Of a stretch of DNA of 64,000 nt, positions 38,451 to 51,184 are shown one piece after another. Position numbers and translations under genes: made by a program. The stretch spans positions 767 through 64,766 of the forward strand of contig JBDROX010000044.1 in assembly GCA_043809645.1 (NCBI GenBank). The letters run 5' to 3'. Source of the DNA: Candidatus Magasanikiibacteriota bacterium. Its GTDB lineage: Bacteria; Patescibacteriota; Patescibacteriia; Magasanikbacterales; UBA922. A model generated the notes under the pieces. That model made no database searches and had not been told where the DNA came from. It saw nothing but the letters and a program-made list of their open reading frames with translations. Within the stretch, counting starts at the first letter, position 1. The number at the start of each line of letters is the position of its first letter.

Positions 38451-40508
38451 TTGGGTATTGCCACCATCTTTGTGAAACCATCTCTTCAATACATAAAAAA
38501 ATTGTTTCAAAAGCGAAAAAAAGGTCCGCTCGCTTCTTTGCATCATGATGTATCTCTGGTGAAGCGGGTGCATGGGAGAAGACTTCCAAAGATAAAGCAG
38601 TTTCGACAACTCAAGAGAATTTTGTCAAAAAAGGAACGGCTTATCTTTCGAGTAAGTTTTCTCATTCTCCTCAGTGGTCTTGTCTGGGGAGGACTCACAT
38701 TGCTGGGAAATTTTCGAACACCTGTTCCGGCAGTAGGTGGAAGATACGTAGAGGCTGTTGTAGGTTCACCACAGTTTATCAATCCAATTTTTTCTTCTGT
38801 CAATGATGTTGACACAGATATTGTGAGGCTCGTGTACTCTGGGCTCATGCGATTTGATGAACATCAGGATCTCATTCCAGACCTCGCAGAGTCATATGAA
38901 ATTAGTGAGGATAAAAAAACATACACCTTCAAGCTCCGCTCAGACGCTACGTGGCACGATGGAGAACCATTTACCTCTAGAGATGTTGTATTCACCATGG
39001 ATACGATTCAGAATACCCAGGTGGGGAGTCCATTATTTGTCAGCTTTCAGGGAGTGCGTGTAGAAGCACAAGACGAACAAACTGTGGTGTTCACACTCGA
39101 AGAACCGTTTGCACCATTTTTGTCATCACTCACTGTTGGAATGCTGCCAGAGCACATTTGGTTCGATGTGCTTCCAGATCGTTTACGACTTGCGCAGAAG
39201 AATCTTCAGCCGATAGGAACAGGGCCATTTAAATACAGTAAGTTCAAGAAAGACGATACTGGATATATTCTCAGCTACGAATTGGAGAGATTTGAGAATT
39301 ATTATCGTGCACCTGCTTTTATAGAAGAGTTTGTTTTCAAATTTTTTACAGATTATGACGATATTGGTGGGGCTATCCAGGCACTCCGAGAAGGTGCAGT
39401 AGATGGTATTCATTTCGTTCCGTCTGATCTCAGAGAAAAGGTAGAGCGAAAGCATGTCATGTTGCATACTCTTCAAGTTCCTGAATACAGTGCACTTTTT
39501 TATAACCAAGAAAAAGATGAGGTGCTCAAAGAGGGCGGTCTTCGAACAGCACTTGGGTATGCACTCGATAAGGATCGCATTCTTCGAGAGAGTCTTGGTG
39601 GAGAAGGTGAGGTTATCTATAGTCCAATCCTTCCAGGATTTCCTGGATATACTCCAGAGATAGAGAAGACATCATACAGCACAGTCCAGGCAAATGAATT
39701 GCTTGATAAGTCGTGGGAGCGTATTGACGCAGAGGAAGTGAAGAAGAAACTTCGAGATAGACTTATTCAAGAATGGAAAGAAAATAATCCTACTCCGGCT
39801 CCTGTAGAAGGTGCTGAGGAGGGAAGTGTAGATGAAACAGTAGCAGAAGGTGAAGCGTCTACTGAAACAGTAGAAGAGGCTGTCACAGAAGAGGTAGAAC
39901 TCTCAGAGGAAACAAACAAAGATATTGAAGCCCAGGTCGCGGCTATGTATCATGAGGCACAAGTTTTCTATAGAAAGAACGGAGAGGATGGTATTCTCGA
40001 GTTAGACTTGGTCACCAGTGATACGCCTGAATACAAGCATGCAGCAGAACTCATCGCAGGATTCTGGCAGGAGGTAGGGGTCAAGACAAATGTTCGTTTC
40101 GTTCCTAGAAGAGACTTCTCTCGAGAGGTTCTCAAGGAGCGTTCTTATGATGTTCTTCTCTACGGAATGATAATTGGAAGTTCTCCAGATCAGTATCCAT
40201 TCTGGCACTCTTCGCAGATTGATTTTCCAGGTTTGAACCTTGCGCGATATGTGAATAGGAACGTTGATGCACTCCTAGAAAAAGCTCGGGAAAAAGCTGG
40301 AGATGATGAAGAGATAGAGCTCTACAAGAAATTTCAAGATATTGTTCTCGAGGAGAAACCAGCGACGTTCCTCTATACTCCGACATATTCATATGTAACG
40401 ACTGACAAGGTGAGTGGTATTGATATCGGTCGTATCTTTCACCCATCGGACAGATATGCGCAGGTGACAGATTGGTATATTGAGACAAAGGGGGAGTGGA
40501 AAAAGTAA
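38451..40508 (+). CDS. ABC transporter substrate-binding protein, family 5 (peptide/nickel type), membrane-anchored; TTG start
   Basis: N-terminal TM anchor then SBP_bac_5-like sequence. Confidence 0.75.
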   Translation: MGIATIFVKPSLQYIKKLFQKRKKGPLASLHHDVSLVKRVHGRRLPKIKQFRQLKRILSKKERLIFRVSFLILLSGLVWGGLTLLGNFRTPVPAVGGRYVEAVVGSPQFINPIFSSVNDVDTDIVRLVYSGLMRFDEHQDLIPDLAESYEISEDKKTYTFKLRSDATWHDGEPFTSRDVVFTMDTIQNTQVGSPLFVSFQGVRVEAQDEQTVVFTLEEPFAPFLSSLTVGMLPEHIWFDVLPDRLRLAQKNLQPIGTGPFKYSKFKKDDTGYILSYELERFENYYRAPAFIEEFVFKFFTDYDDIGGAIQALREGAVDGIHFVPSDLREKVERKHVMLHTLQVPEYSALFYNQEKDEVLKEGGLRTALGYALDKDRILRESLGGEGEVIYSPILPGFPGYTPEIEKTSYSTVQANELLDKSWERIDAEEVKKKLRDRLIQEWKENNPTPAPVEGAEEGSVDETVAEGEASTETVEEAVTEEVELSEETNKDIEAQVAAMYHEAQVFYRKNGEDGILELDLVTSDTPEYKHAAELIAGFWQEVGVKTNVRFVPRRDFSREVLKERSYDVLLYGMIIGSSPDQYPFWHSSQIDFPGLNLARYVNRNVDALLEKAREKAGDDEEIELYKKFQDIVLEEKPATFLYTPTYSYVTTDKVSGIDIGRIFHPSDRYAQVTDWYIETKGEWKK

Positions 40509-40610
40509 ATAGTGTGTTTTGTGTCTGTCTCAATCTGGAGTGGTGAAATTGGTAGACCCGCCTTCATTGCGTTTCGGCGGGTAGGCACGCATTACAAATA
40601 TCTAAAACAA

Positions 40611-40693
40611 GCCGAAGTGGTGGAACGGTAGACACGCATGCTTCAGGGGCATGTGAGCGCAAGCTCGTGGAGGTTCAAATCCTCTCTTCGGCA
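40611..40693 (+). tRNA. tRNA-Leu (anticodon CAG), type II with long variable arm
   Basis: Manual fold: acceptor GCCGAAG/CTTCGGC, anticodon stem CATGC/GCATG with loop ttCAGgg, T-arm GGAGG-TTCAAAT-CCTCT. Confidence 0.85.
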
Positions 40694-40773
40694 CATTTTT
40701 CTCACAAGAAAAAAGGAGGTTTTTATTCAAGCCTGATGATCATCTACACACATCAGGTATTCTCTAATTATTT

Positions 40774-42612
40774 ATGATAGAAAGAACAAAAGGACCGAGA
40801 GTGCGCCGGAATACTGGGGCGCGATCTCGGAGACAGAAGAAAGAAGACAATAGAACAAGACAACCAGGGCAGAATAAGTCTGGAGGACAGCCAAAGAAGA
40901 GAGCAAGGGGGTCCTACAAAAAAGCAGAACAAATTCCTAGTGCAACTAGGGATGTCCTTCGAATTATTCCAATTGGTGGTTGTGAAGAGGTTGGGAGAAA
41001 CATGACCGTATTTGAATACAATAATGATATTGTTATTCTCGATATGGGTCTGCAGTTTCCAGAAGAGGACATGCCAGGTATTGACTATATCATCCCAAAT
41101 GTCAGATATCTGAAAGGAAAAGAAAAGAATATACGTGGTGTTATCCTGTCCCATGGTCATCTCGATCATATTGGAGCAGCACCAATTCTTCTCGAACAGC
41201 TAGGGAATCCACCAATTATTGCAATGCCATTGACCGTTGCGCTCGTGAAGCATAAGCAAGAGGATTACAAAAAAGGATCGTCTAAGAAATTGAAAGTAGT
41301 GACTATCAAAGGCGTCAAAGATAGAATTGCCCTTGGGAGTTTCACTGCAAATTTTTTCCAGGTGGAACACTCTATTATGGACAGTGTGGGTGTCATTCTC
41401 GAAACACCAGCAGGGTCTGTTTTTCATCCAGGTGACTGGACGATGGAGCGTGATGTGGATGGGAAAACACATCTGAATTATCACGAGCTTGCAAAAGTGA
41501 AGAAGCCTAGTGTCCTCATGCTCGAAAGTCTCGGTGCGATTCATGACAAGAGACACGGTACGTATGAGGAGATGTACAATAATTTGCACGGCATTATCCA
41601 GGCTGCGCCTGGTCGTGTGATCATTGCAACATTTTCATCTCAGGTGGAGCGTGTGAAATGGATTCTTGAAGCATGCAAGAAGCTGAACAAGAAAGTAGCA
41701 TTCGAAGGGTATAGTATGAAGATGAACATGGAGATCGCCAAAAAATTGGGATATGTGAAGATTCCAAAAGAAACAGTGATCGACATACATAAGATTGATA
41801 AGTATCCAGAGGGTAAGGTAGTCATCATCTGTACTGGTGCGCAGGGCGAGGAAAATGCTGTGCTGAGTCGAATCACAAGCAAAACACACAGAACAGTGGA
41901 GCTCCGAAAAAAAGATACTGTGATATTTTCTTCTTCTGTCATTCCAGGAAATGAACGAACTATTCAGAGATTGAAAGATAATATTTATCGCCAGTGTGAC
42001 AATGTGATCCATGGAGATATCATGGATGTCCATGTGAGTGGTCACTCTACAAGACAGGACATTGTCGACATGATCAAACAGACAAAGCCAGATTATTATA
42101 TTCCAGTGTATGCAAATCATTTCTTCTTGAAAGAGGCCCAGAAGCTTGCAATTAAAAATGGATATCCAGAGAAGAATATTTTCGTTCCAGACAATGGATC
42201 CATAATTGAGCTCTCCAAGAGTGGCATCAAAATGCTAAAGGAGAAGGCGCCGAGTGACTACGTCTTTGTTGACGGGCTTGGGGTGAGTGATTCGCAACAG
42301 ATCGTCCTTCGCGACAGACAGGTCCTGACAGAGGACGGTATGCTCGTAGTTATTGCGACTATTCATACTAAAACAGGAATGCTTACACAGAATCCAGATA
42401 TCATTTCTCGTGGATTTGTCTTCCTCAAGGATAATAAGAAATTGATCGAAGATATACGCCACAAGGTCAAGAATATGGTGATTCAATCTGACCCACGAAG
42501 TTGGGCAGACACGAATCAGATCAGAAATGATATTCGAGATAAGATTGGACAGTTTGTATTCACAAAGACAGAGAAGCGTCCAATGATTCTTCCTGTTGTT
42601 ATTGAAGTCTAA
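40774..42612 (+). CDS. rnj: Ribonuclease J (metallo-beta-lactamase/beta-CASP) with about 60-aa Arg/Lys-rich N-terminal extension
   Basis: HGHLDHIGAAP and beta-CASP motifs. Confidence 0.9.
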   Translation: MIERTKGPRVRRNTGARSRRQKKEDNRTRQPGQNKSGGQPKKRARGSYKKAEQIPSATRDVLRIIPIGGCEEVGRNMTVFEYNNDIVILDMGLQFPEEDMPGIDYIIPNVRYLKGKEKNIRGVILSHGHLDHIGAAPILLEQLGNPPIIAMPLTVALVKHKQEDYKKGSSKKLKVVTIKGVKDRIALGSFTANFFQVEHSIMDSVGVILETPAGSVFHPGDWTMERDVDGKTHLNYHELAKVKKPSVLMLESLGAIHDKRHGTYEEMYNNLHGIIQAAPGRVIIATFSSQVERVKWILEACKKLNKKVAFEGYSMKMNMEIAKKLGYVKIPKETVIDIHKIDKYPEGKVVIICTGAQGEENAVLSRITSKTHRTVELRKKDTVIFSSSVIPGNERTIQRLKDNIYRQCDNVIHGDIMDVHVSGHSTRQDIVDMIKQTKPDYYIPVYANHFFLKEAQKLAIKNGYPEKNIFVPDNGSIIELSKSGIKMLKEKAPSDYVFVDGLGVSDSQQIVLRDRQVLTEDGMLVVIATIHTKTGMLTQNPDIISRGFVFLKDNKKLIEDIRHKVKNMVIQSDPRSWADTNQIRNDIRDKIGQFVFTKTEKRPMILPVVIEV

Positions 42613-42800
42613 TATAGAAGAGAGAAAAGCATCTGGAGCATATCAAGATGGAGTTTATGCTCCGTCTTTAGAGCCACCCATGCCAACGCCTCGTGAGAAA
42701 AAGACACCAGGAACAGATCCACGGGTTATTATTCATGATCCAGGAAAGGACGAAGAAGGCGGGGAGGATGATAGAGTAAGTATAGGAAGGATATAAAAAA

Positions 42801-42832
42801 TAAAAAAACCACCATATGGTGGTTTTTTTATT
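42801..42832 (+). terminator. Terminator A7-ACCACCATATGGTGGT-T7
   Basis: Perfect 8-bp palindrome plus T-run after rnj. Confidence 0.8.
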
Positions 42833-42885
42833 TACACTCCCAGCTATTTACGGTACACTACCCTCATTACTTTTATGATCAATAT

Positions 42886-43869
42886 ATGAAAAAACAAGTT
42901 ATTTTTTCTGGTATTCAGCCAACAGGGAATCTTCATATTGGGAATTATTTGGGAGCTATCAAGAATTGGATCGAACTCCAAGAGAGTGGCAAGTATGATT
43001 GTTATTTTTGTATTGTCGATTATCATGCACTCACTGGAAATCTTGGGGCGAAAGAAAGAAGGGCCCAAATATTAAAAACTGCTGCAGAGCTCCTAGCTCT
43101 TGGTGTTGACCCAGACAAGTCAACATTCTTCATTCAGTCATACGTGCCAGAACATACAGAGCTTGCATGGATTCTGAACACTGTCTCTCCGTTCTCAGAA
43201 TTAGAACGCATGACGCAGTTCAAGGATAAGTCAAAGCAACAAAAGAAGAATGTCAACGTTGGTCTTTTTACCTATCCGGTCCTTCAAGCCGCAGATATTC
43301 TCATGTATCATGGTGATTTTGTGCCTGTTGGAGAGGATCAGGTTCAACATGTCGAGCTTACTCGAGATGTTGCAAAATGGTTTAATAAAAGATATGGGGA
43401 TTATTTTCCAGAAACCAAGGTAAAGCTTACTAAGATTCCACGCGTGAAGAGTCTTCTCGACCCAGAAAAAAAGATGAGTAAGAGTCTGGGGCCAAATCAT
43501 GTTGTTGAGCTTGCAGACGAGCCGGCTGTGTTAGAGAAGAAGTTCAAGAAAGCAGTCACTGCTACAAAGCCAGGTGATATGACTCCTGGGGTGCAGAATC
43601 TCATGAATATTGTCTATGCATTCGAAGATAGGACAATATCAAAAGCATTTGAATTCGCCATGGAAGAAAAGACAATCCAATACGGAAAACTCAAAGAGTC
43701 TGCAGCCAGGGGAGTGAGTGCTTTCTTTGAAGAATTTAGAGAGAAAAGAAAAGAGCTTCTGGTTAACCCTGCGAAAGTTGCAGATATGCTCGATGATGGA
43801 GCTCTCAGAGCCAGAGAGGTGGCGCAGAAAACACTCGAAGATGTTCGGACTCTCGTTGGTCTCAGATAA
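42886..43869 (+). CDS. trpS: Tryptophan--tRNA ligase
   Basis: GIQPTGNLHIGNYLG (HIGH) and KMSKS motifs. Confidence 0.9.
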   Translation: MKKQVIFSGIQPTGNLHIGNYLGAIKNWIELQESGKYDCYFCIVDYHALTGNLGAKERRAQILKTAAELLALGVDPDKSTFFIQSYVPEHTELAWILNTVSPFSELERMTQFKDKSKQQKKNVNVGLFTYPVLQAADILMYHGDFVPVGEDQVQHVELTRDVAKWFNKRYGDYFPETKVKLTKIPRVKSLLDPEKKMSKSLGPNHVVELADEPAVLEKKFKKAVTATKPGDMTPGVQNLMNIVYAFEDRTISKAFEFAMEEKTIQYGKLKESAARGVSAFFEEFREKRKELLVNPAKVADMLDDGALRAREVAQKTLEDVRTLVGLR

Positions 43870-44040
43870 TTTTTTTCTATGCCAAATATACAAACACTTT
43901 CGTGCGAGGAGTATGGAGTAGTATTTCTTGACAATATGGAAGTGTGTGATATTGTGGCTATATATGAAACTGCGAAATAATAATTGGAATAATCAAAATG
44001 CCCAAAGCAGGACGTAGTTTTGTGCAAAAACAAAAAACTA

Positions 44041-44066
44041 ATCCCGCTTTCAGAGCGGGTTTTTTC
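44041..44066 (+). terminator. Terminator CCCGCT-ttcaga-AGCGGG-T6 immediately upstream of tRNA-Asn
   Basis: Stem-loop plus T-run. Confidence 0.6.
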
Positions 44067-44068
44067 AT

Positions 44069-44140
44069 TCCGAGGTAGTTCAGTGGTAGAACGCAGCGCT
44101 GTTAACGCTGATGTCACAGGTTCGAATCCTGTCCTCGGAG
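44069..44140 (+). tRNA. tRNA-Asn (anticodon GTT); CCA not encoded
   Basis: Manual fold: acceptor TCCGAGG/CCTCGGA, D-arm GTTC..GAAC, anticodon loop ctGTTaa, T-arm ACAGG-TTCGAAT-CCTGT. Confidence 0.9.
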
Positions 44141-44310
44141 CAACGAAAAATGGCTTCGCCATCTCGTGGCAGGCCATATGAATATCGCAGAAACCACTTA
44201 CGTGAATTTCGTAAAACGTTTTGAAATATAAATGGCGAAGTTCATTTTTTGGGATAGTCGCCTGGGATTCTTTGTGTTACTATTTAGATATGTCTTATAA
44301 TGCATAACAT

Positions 44311-46668
<2,358 letters not shown>

Positions 46669-46669
46669 T

Positions 46670-48079
46670 ATGCAAGAAAAAATATATCACATCACAGGTA
46701 TGCATTGTGCGTCTTGTGAGTTACTCATTGAAAAAAGAGTCTTAAAAGAGGAAGGGGTAAAGGTGGTTGATGCATCACTTGGAAACGGGACACTCCGTAT
46801 AGAATCAGACGGAAGAGTTCCAAAGGTGAAGGATTTGAATGCGTGGTTCAAGAATGATCAGTATTCATTTTCTGAAACAAAAGAAGCAGAAGTGCGAGAG
46901 CCACTACTATATGTTCAGGAAGGAAAGGGTGTTCAAGTGAATAAAAAGATTTTGAAGAGAAAGCTCAGTGTTCTTGTAAAAATTGCAGTAGTCTTCTTCG
47001 CTCTCTTTTTGATAGAGCGAAGTGGTGCTGTAGGGTATGTGAGCGTGGGCGTCAATTCTTCTCTTGGCCTGTTCTTTTTATTTGGCATTGTTGCTGGCTT
47101 ATCGAGTTGTGCTGCTCTTGTCGGAGGAATTCTTCTTTCTCTTACCAAGGGTTGGAATGATCAATATGGGTTTGATGCACCAATGAAAACGAAAATGATC
47201 CCCCATGTTTATTTTCATGTTGGAAGATTATTCGCGTATGGATTTCTCGGAGGATTGCTCGGTGCCCTAGGGAAAGCAGTCGCGTTTGAGAATGTGACGA
47301 TATATGCTGCCATCACAATTGGTGTGTCGCTGGTGATGCTCATCATTGGGTTACAGATGGCTGGAGTGAAATGGGCAGAACGATTTCAGATTCGTATGCC
47401 GAAGTTTGTCACTCGTCGTGTTGCAGGGAATAGTACAAAACAGGGGAAGAGGCTCCCATTTGCGATTGGTGCTGGGACGATCGTACTTCCATGTGGATTT
47501 ACACTTATTGTCCAGGGGATCGCATTGACTTCAGGAAGCGCTGTGAGTGGGGCCCTCATGCTCATGGTGTTCGTCCTCGGTACGGTGATTCCGCTTCTGT
47601 TTATTGGTGTAGCAAGCATAAAAGGGTCAGAAAATCCAAAGCGTGGGAGAGTCTTTTCATTCTATGCAGGCGTCGTCCTTGTGATCTTCGCACTCTACAA
47701 TGTGAACGGGCAGATGAATGTACTTGGATTGAAGAGTGTAAGCGATCTCTTTGCCGGTGATCTTCCCACTGAGAAGACTGAAGTAAATCAAGTGTTAGAC
47801 AGTAATGGTGAGCAGGTTGTTAGTCTCGTGGCAAAAGGATTTAGCTACAAGCTCACAAGCCCTGCAACCATTCAAGCAGGAGTTCCTACGAAACTCATTG
47901 TTGATGATCAGGGAATGCAGGGGTGCGGAGTATTTTTGGCTGCCAGAGGATTGATTGATGGATTTGTTGATTTGAAACTGGGTGAGAATGTTATAGATTT
48001 AGGAAAGCCTAAAAAAGGAACATACAAAATTACCTGTTCGATGGGAATGGTTCCGCCTGTTACCATTCGAGTGCAATAA
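46670..48079 (+). CDS. Fusion protein: HMA metal-binding domain + DsbD_2/CcdA-like polytopic membrane domain (two TM Cys) + C-terminal cupredoxin-like domain
   Basis: MHCASC at N-term; GLSSCAAL and VLPCGF in TM helices; C-term GTYKITCSMGMVPPVTIRV resembles cupredoxin_1. Confidence 0.55.
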   Translation: MQEKIYHITGMHCASCELLIEKRVLKEEGVKVVDASLGNGTLRIESDGRVPKVKDLNAWFKNDQYSFSETKEAEVREPLLYVQEGKGVQVNKKILKRKLSVLVKIAVVFFALFLIERSGAVGYVSVGVNSSLGLFFLFGIVAGLSSCAALVGGILLSLTKGWNDQYGFDAPMKTKMIPHVYFHVGRLFAYGFLGGLLGALGKAVAFENVTIYAAITIGVSLVMLIIGLQMAGVKWAERFQIRMPKFVTRRVAGNSTKQGKRLPFAIGAGTIVLPCGFTLIVQGIALTSGSAVSGALMLMVFVLGTVIPLLFIGVASIKGSENPKRGRVFSFYAGVVLVIFALYNVNGQMNVLGLKSVSDLFAGDLPTEKTEVNQVLDSNGEQVVSLVAKGFSYKLTSPATIQAGVPTKLIVDDQGMQGCGVFLAARGLIDGFVDLKLGENVIDLGKPKKGTYKITCSMGMVPPVTIRVQ

Positions 48080-48096
48080 TCAATAATATTACGCAT

Positions 48097-48315
48097 ATGA
48101 AGACACTTACAGTACGGGGTATGCACTGCGAAGCATGCAAAAAGCTCATTATCATGGAGTTCGAAGAATCGGGGCTAGGCGCATTGGTGAAAGATGTCGA
48201 GGTAACAGAAGAGGGTAAAAAAGGTATTTTTCATCTTGAGGAGGGGGCTACTGACAAAGAGATCGAGAAAATGAAATCAATTGTTAATGCAATGGAAGGC
48301 TACTCCGTAGAGTAG
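48097..48315 (+). CDS. copZ: CopZ-like heavy-metal-associated chaperone
   Basis: GMHCEAC metal-binding motif. Confidence 0.8.
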   Translation: MKTLTVRGMHCEACKKLIIMEFEESGLGALVKDVEVTEEGKKGIFHLEEGATDKEIEKMKSIVNAMEGYSVE

Positions 48316-48397
48316 CCTTTGGCTATGAATACCTTTGACAATTTTTTCATACTCACGTACATTTAGAGTCGTTAGAAATTGTTCTAGGTACTTTATT

Positions 48398-49591
48398 ATG
48401 AAAAAAAGAGGTTTTTTTAGAAAAATGCTGTTTTTGGTAATACTGTTATTGATAGGATGGGGGACATATTTATATGTTTCTGGTAGGGATTTTAGAAGAG
48501 AAAAGAAACAACATACAGAGGAGGTGAAAGAAGTCCTCGAAGCACGTCTTCAGGTTCCAGATAGCAATGAAGACGTTGATCCTTTTGGTGAGGATAATAT
48601 TGTGAGAATTCTTTTTGTAGGACTGGATAGTCGTGCTGGAGACGAGTCTGCGCACTGTGATGCTATCCAGCTCATAGAGATTGATAAAGAACATGATCGC
48701 ATTACGATTACTGCAGTTCCACGTGGCACATACTCGCCACTCCCGTCGGGAAAGGGAACAACTTCAACTGATTACTATGTTTCGAATTCATGTGGACTTG
48801 GCGGACTTGAGTATGGCGTGAAGCAAATTGAACGAATTCTTGGGAAAAAGGCAGACTACCTTGTATTCGCTGGTTTTTCAGAAGTGCTTGGTATGCTCCG
48901 AGCACTGAAGCTCCCGACTACAGAGACGCTCCAGTGGCTACGCAACCGTCAGGGATATGCTATTGGTGAACCACAGCGAGCGCGGAACCATTCTAATTTT
49001 CTGAAAAAACTTTTCGTTGATAAAGTTCCAGACGAGCGAAAAAAGGTAGATACAGCCCTTCAATATCTGCTCTATACCACCGTCGATACAAATCTGACCT
49101 TTGCAGAAATGGGAAATATTCTCGATGAGCTGATAGATATGAATTTAAAAGAAAAACCAGAGAATATTTTTCTTGCCATGCGTCCGGTTCATCCTGTGCA
49201 AGATATTGAATATGCCCCAGATAACATTGAGGGACATCTGGAGGCAACACTTGGGAAGATATCCGGTTGGCTTCCGAGAGTGGATTACTCAAATGCAAGC
49301 AAAGAGGAGGTTCAAGAGCAGCTTCTGGAGACAATTAAGAAAAATGAAGAAAATCCGGAGTTTGTCTCTTGGTCATTTGATAACCATGTGTGGTTGCAGG
49401 TAGAAGATGCTGTACTTCGTGAAGATATCCATTTTGACATCCTCGTCAGATATGTAGAAAATTTGGGGGATTTTTCAAAGCAAAAGAAATATATCGAAGA
49501 CTATATTTTAGAAATGGACTATTGGGGTAATGGGTATTGGAGAGACATAGGATGGGTATTCCTCGAACGGCTCCAAGAAGCGCAAGAATAA
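48398..49591 (+). CDS. LytR-CpsA-Psr (LCP) family protein, membrane-anchored
   Basis: ILFVGLDSRAGDESAHCDAIQLIEID...ITAVPRGTY pattern. Confidence 0.7.
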   Translation: MKKRGFFRKMLFLVILLLIGWGTYLYVSGRDFRREKKQHTEEVKEVLEARLQVPDSNEDVDPFGEDNIVRILFVGLDSRAGDESAHCDAIQLIEIDKEHDRITITAVPRGTYSPLPSGKGTTSTDYYVSNSCGLGGLEYGVKQIERILGKKADYLVFAGFSEVLGMLRALKLPTTETLQWLRNRQGYAIGEPQRARNHSNFLKKLFVDKVPDERKKVDTALQYLLYTTVDTNLTFAEMGNILDELIDMNLKEKPENIFLAMRPVHPVQDIEYAPDNIEGHLEATLGKISGWLPRVDYSNASKEEVQEQLLETIKKNEENPEFVSWSFDNHVWLQVEDAVLREDIHFDILVRYVENLGDFSKQKKYIEDYILEMDYWGNGYWRDIGWVFLERLQEAQE

Positions 49592-49620
49592 AAAACTGCC
49601 ATTGGACAGTTTTTTATTCT
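49592..49620 (+). terminator. Weak terminator ACTGCC-attg-GACAGT-T6
   Basis: Short stem plus T-run. Confidence 0.45.
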
Positions 49621-49718
49621 TGGCATTTATAAAATTATGAATATATTCCGAATACACATCTTTTTAATATATTGAAAGAAAATGGCTTCATTGACGTACT
49701 ACCAGGTAGGCGTGTAGT

Positions 49719-50312
49719 GTGAATGTATACATGAAAGAACATGAAGTATGCGACAATCTAACTGATGAACAACTAGTAGAGAAGGTTCGCGGCAATGCCG
49801 AGGCATTTGTATATATTATCAATCGGTACACAGACCGATTATTTCGGTATATTCGGAGGATGACGAATGTCGAAAAGGAGGAAGCAGAGGATATACTGCA
49901 GGAAACTTTTATAAAGACATACATACATATTAATGATTTTGATAATTCACTCAAATTTTCTTCTTGGATATATAGGATAGCCCGTAACCAAGTGATTAGC
50001 GACTGGAGAAAAAGAAAAATTCGGCCACAGTCAGACTCTACAGAGCATGATGATAAGCTACTCAATATTGGATCAGAATTGAACCTAGAAGAGGAAGTTG
50101 ACAGAGATATCTTTGAACAGCATATTCGTGAAGTTCTGAATCATTTGGATAAGAAATATAAAGATGTTCTCATCCTTAGATTTTTAGAAGAAAAGAATTA
50201 TAAAGAAATTTCTGACATTCTCAAAAAACCAGAAGGAACAGTTGCTACGCTTTTGAATAGAGCGAAGAAACAATGCAAACGCATCATTGAAAAAAAATCA
50301 ATCCAATTTTGA
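49719..50312 (+). CDS. ECF-type RNA polymerase sigma factor
   Basis: Sigma-70 region 2 (FSSWIYRIARNQVISDWR) and region 4 HTH. Confidence 0.85.
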   Translation: MNVYMKEHEVCDNLTDEQLVEKVRGNAEAFVYIINRYTDRLFRYIRRMTNVEKEEAEDILQETFIKTYIHINDFDNSLKFSSWIYRIARNQVISDWRKRKIRPQSDSTEHDDKLLNIGSELNLEEEVDRDIFEQHIREVLNHLDKKYKDVLILRFLEEKNYKEISDILKKPEGTVATLLNRAKKQCKRIIEKKSIQF

Positions 50313-50316
50313 TCAT

Positions 50317-51078
50317 ATGGAAAATAATGACATTTCAAAAGATATCCTGAGTAGAATAAAGGAAGAGAACATCACTCCAAAGCCACGGTGGGCCTTTTTG
50401 TTGCGTGACTGCGCACTCTGGATTGTCGGGGGTATTTGCGTATTCATTGGCGGACTGGCATTTGCTGTTATTCTCTACATGTTCCGAACCAGTCACTGGA
50501 GTCTGCTGTCTGAAGCTGGGGGCTCAACGGCAACAATTGTATTTGCCTCTCTTCCATATGTCTGGTTTCTTTGTCTTTTTCTCTTCCTTGGGGCAGCCTA
50601 TTACAATGTAAAGCATACAAAGCGCGGGTATAAGTGGAATCTTTTTACTATGATGGGTGGTTTGATACTTCTTAGTATCGTTTTTGGTATTTTGTTATAT
50701 GTGCTTGGTGTAGCGCGCGCAACAGATGAGGTGCTCATACGAAGGGCTCCAATATATGCGCGCGTGATGCATCCAAACCAGAGAGTGTGGATGCATCCTG
50801 AAAAGGGTCTCCTCACAGGCGTGATTATTGAGATTCATAGTAGCTCGACAATGGATATTCAGGATATACAGCGTAAACTGTGGAATGTGGTTCCGCATGA
50901 GATGTTTCCAGAATCGTTTTCCAAATTGACGCCTGGGCTCCGGATCATGATGGTCGGAGAGCGCAAAGGCGACGCATGTTTTGAAGTAAAACAGATGGCG
51001 CTTCCTGGTCCAAAAAAGCGAGTTATTCAGGCAATAATTCAGCGACAGGCGCAGACCCAAACTTCTGAATCTAGATAG
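50317..51078 (+). CDS. Polytopic membrane protein downstream of the ECF sigma; putative anti-sigma factor
   Basis: Position and four TM helices; no conserved domain recognised. Confidence 0.45.
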   Translation: MENNDISKDILSRIKEENITPKPRWAFLLRDCALWIVGGICVFIGGLAFAVILYMFRTSHWSLLSEAGGSTATIVFASLPYVWFLCLFLFLGAAYYNVKHTKRGYKWNLFTMMGGLILLSIVFGILLYVLGVARATDEVLIRRAPIYARVMHPNQRVWMHPEKGLLTGVIIEIHSSSTMDIQDIQRKLWNVVPHEMFPESFSKLTPGLRIMMVGERKGDACFEVKQMALPGPKKRVIQAIIQRQAQTQTSESR

Positions 51079-51184
51079 TGAAAGATTTTTTTTCGAGCTG
51101 CGTAATACTAGACAGAACGGATATCCATGTGTTCTAGAGCACAACATAGTACAACTCACTTTATTTAGAACGTAATATATACAT

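Noticed and set aside
40536-40600. A second functional tRNA upstream of tRNA-Leu
   Set aside because: Only the 5' acceptor/D-arm-like sequence is present; no T-arm (GTTCRANYC) or complementary 3' acceptor strand can be found on either strand.
42797-42885. T-box riboswitch leader upstream of trpS
   Set aside because: Only about 90 nt separate the rnj terminator from the trpS ATG, far too short for a T-box, and no T-box consensus (AGGGUGGNACCGCG) is present.
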